A DNA stretch of 38,663 nt, from NCBI GenBank assembly GCA_937930655.1, contig CALHBU010000113.1, positions 1-38,663 of the forward strand. The letters are read 5' to 3'. The notes under the pieces are model-generated. The model searched no databases. It was not told the origin of the DNA and worked only from the letters and a program-made list of their open reading frames with translations. Source of the stretch: an uncultured Acidimicrobiales bacterium. GTDB taxonomy: Bacteria > Actinomycetota > Acidimicrobiia > Acidimicrobiales > SZUA-35. Within the stretch, counting starts at the first letter, position 1. Every line of letters starts with the position of its first letter. Below, piece by piece: positions 37,820-38,663 of the stretch. Position numbers and translations under genes: made by a program.

Positions 37820-38617
37820 ATGGCAGACGCTACTGACACCGATCTCCTCCTCACCAACATCTCCGGGGGCGTTGCAACCCTCACTCTCAATCGTCCGGAG
37901 CGAAAAAACTCGCTCTCTGCCGAGTTGGTCGATGCACTCGGGGACAGCATTGAGGCGGCCATGGCCGATGATGAGGTTCGAGTGGTGGTGTTGACCAACA
38001 CCGGCAACACCTTCTGCGCGGGCGCCGACCTCAAGGCTCAGACACCAGGCGTCAGCGGGCAGTCGATGGCCAGGCATACGTTCGTTGGCGTGATGAGCCA
38101 GATCATGTCTGCGCCCAAGCCGGTGATAGGACGAGCTGACGGACACGCCACCGGCGGCGGCGTTGGGCTGATCGCGGCCTGTGACATCTCAGTTATGAGA
38201 GACGACGCCAAGATCGGGTTCACCGAGGCACGACTGGGTGTTTCACCGGCCGTGATCTCGGTGGTTTGTCTTCCAAAAATGCGGCGAGCCGATGCCAGCG
38301 AGCTCTTCCTCACTGCTGAGAGATTTACACCGCAACGAGCGGTCGACGTTGGACTTATCAACGCTGCGGTTCCGGCCGACGAGCTTGACTCCAAGATCGA
38401 GGAGTATCTCGACAAGGTCATCCGCGGAGGACCGCTGGCATTGGCCGCCTGTAAGGAACTCATAACCAAGGTGCCGGACATGGCCACCGATGAGGCATTC
38501 GAGTGGACGGCCCCCTACTCGGCCGAGTTGTTCCAGTCAGACGAAGCTCAGGCCGGAATTGCTGCCTTCAACGCTCGCCAACCGGCACCGTGGATTCCAG
38601 CCGAACGGTTGCCCTAG
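37820..38617 (+). CDS. Enoyl-CoA hydratase/isomerase (crotonase) family protein
   Basis: 265 aa from ATG 37820 (MADATDTDLLLTNISGGVATLTLNRPERKNSL...). It has oxyanion-hole regions FCAGADL and GHATGGGVGL. An alternative ATG at 37802 is possible. The track start at 37715 overlaps the HIT gene. Confidence 0.85.
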   Translation: MADATDTDLLLTNISGGVATLTLNRPERKNSLSAELVDALGDSIEAAMADDEVRVVVLTNTGNTFCAGADLKAQTPGVSGQSMARHTFVGVMSQIMSAPKPVIGRADGHATGGGVGLIAACDISVMRDDAKIGFTEARLGVSPAVISVVCLPKMRRADASELFLTAERFTPQRAVDVGLINAAVPADELDSKIEEYLDKVIRGGPLALAACKELITKVPDMATDEAFEWTAPYSAELFQSDEAQAGIAAFNARQPAPWIPAERLP

Positions 38618-38663
38618 ACAGCAGAGAGCAAACTCCTAGTCGATGTCTGGGTAGACGCTGGGG

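Noticed and set aside
38618-38663. Possible 3' end of a minus-strand gene at the right edge (CTA at about 38637)
   Set aside because: Fewer than 10 codons are visible, so it cannot be supported.

Overview
GC-rich, actinobacterial-type chromosomal segment with strong third-position GC bias, so nearly every real gene casts a long antisense or out-of-frame shadow ORF. I can support 33 protein-coding genes. I see no rRNA, tRNA, CRISPR array, transposase or integrase. The backbone is the conserved actinobacterial cell-envelope neighbourhood known from Mycobacterium tuberculosis (sahH ... manA, SIS protein, pmm ... whiB2, fbiA, fbiB ... manB/manC, wbbL, rmlD, LCP), but heavily remodelled. (i) A minus-strand operon runs Zn-ribbon ORF, GT-C-like 931-aa membrane protein, GtrA-GT2 fusion, pmm, manA, Trm112-like, SIS isomerase, then ahcY. 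ahcY is missing from the supplied ORF track and is truncated by the left edge. (ii) A divergent CPBP protease / ftsH pair and a thioredoxin-like gene follow. (iii) A 1097-aa GT2-plus-polytopic-membrane fusion is translationally coupled to a 534-aa membrane-anchored protein of unknown function. (iv) rmd-gmd (GDP-6-deoxy-D-hexose supply) sits directly upstream of cofD, where mycobacteria carry whiB2. (v) cofD and a short, single-domain cofE are split by an opposite-strand His-rich membrane-anchored ORF. (vi) A Ski2-like helicase follows. (vii) A tightly coupled minus-strand block ugd, uxs, three GT4 genes and manC lies downstream of an LCP ligase gene. This block replaces the wbbL/rmlD linker genes of mycobacteria. 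(viii) The right end holds thiamine pyrophosphokinase and acyl-CoA metabolism genes (two ACADs, HIT, YceH-like, crotonase). The most interesting content is the set of uncharacterised envelope-glycan machines: the GtrA-GT2 plus GT-C module, the giant GT2 plus anchored partner, and a predicted D-rhamnose/xylose/glucuronate/mannose glycopolymer with no Wzx/Wzy, ABC exporter or priming transferase in view. A second notable signal is a recurrent TANNNT-N6-start-codon signature suggesting leaderless transcription of operon-first genes. All family assignments rest on my reading of motifs in the translations. No database search was run.
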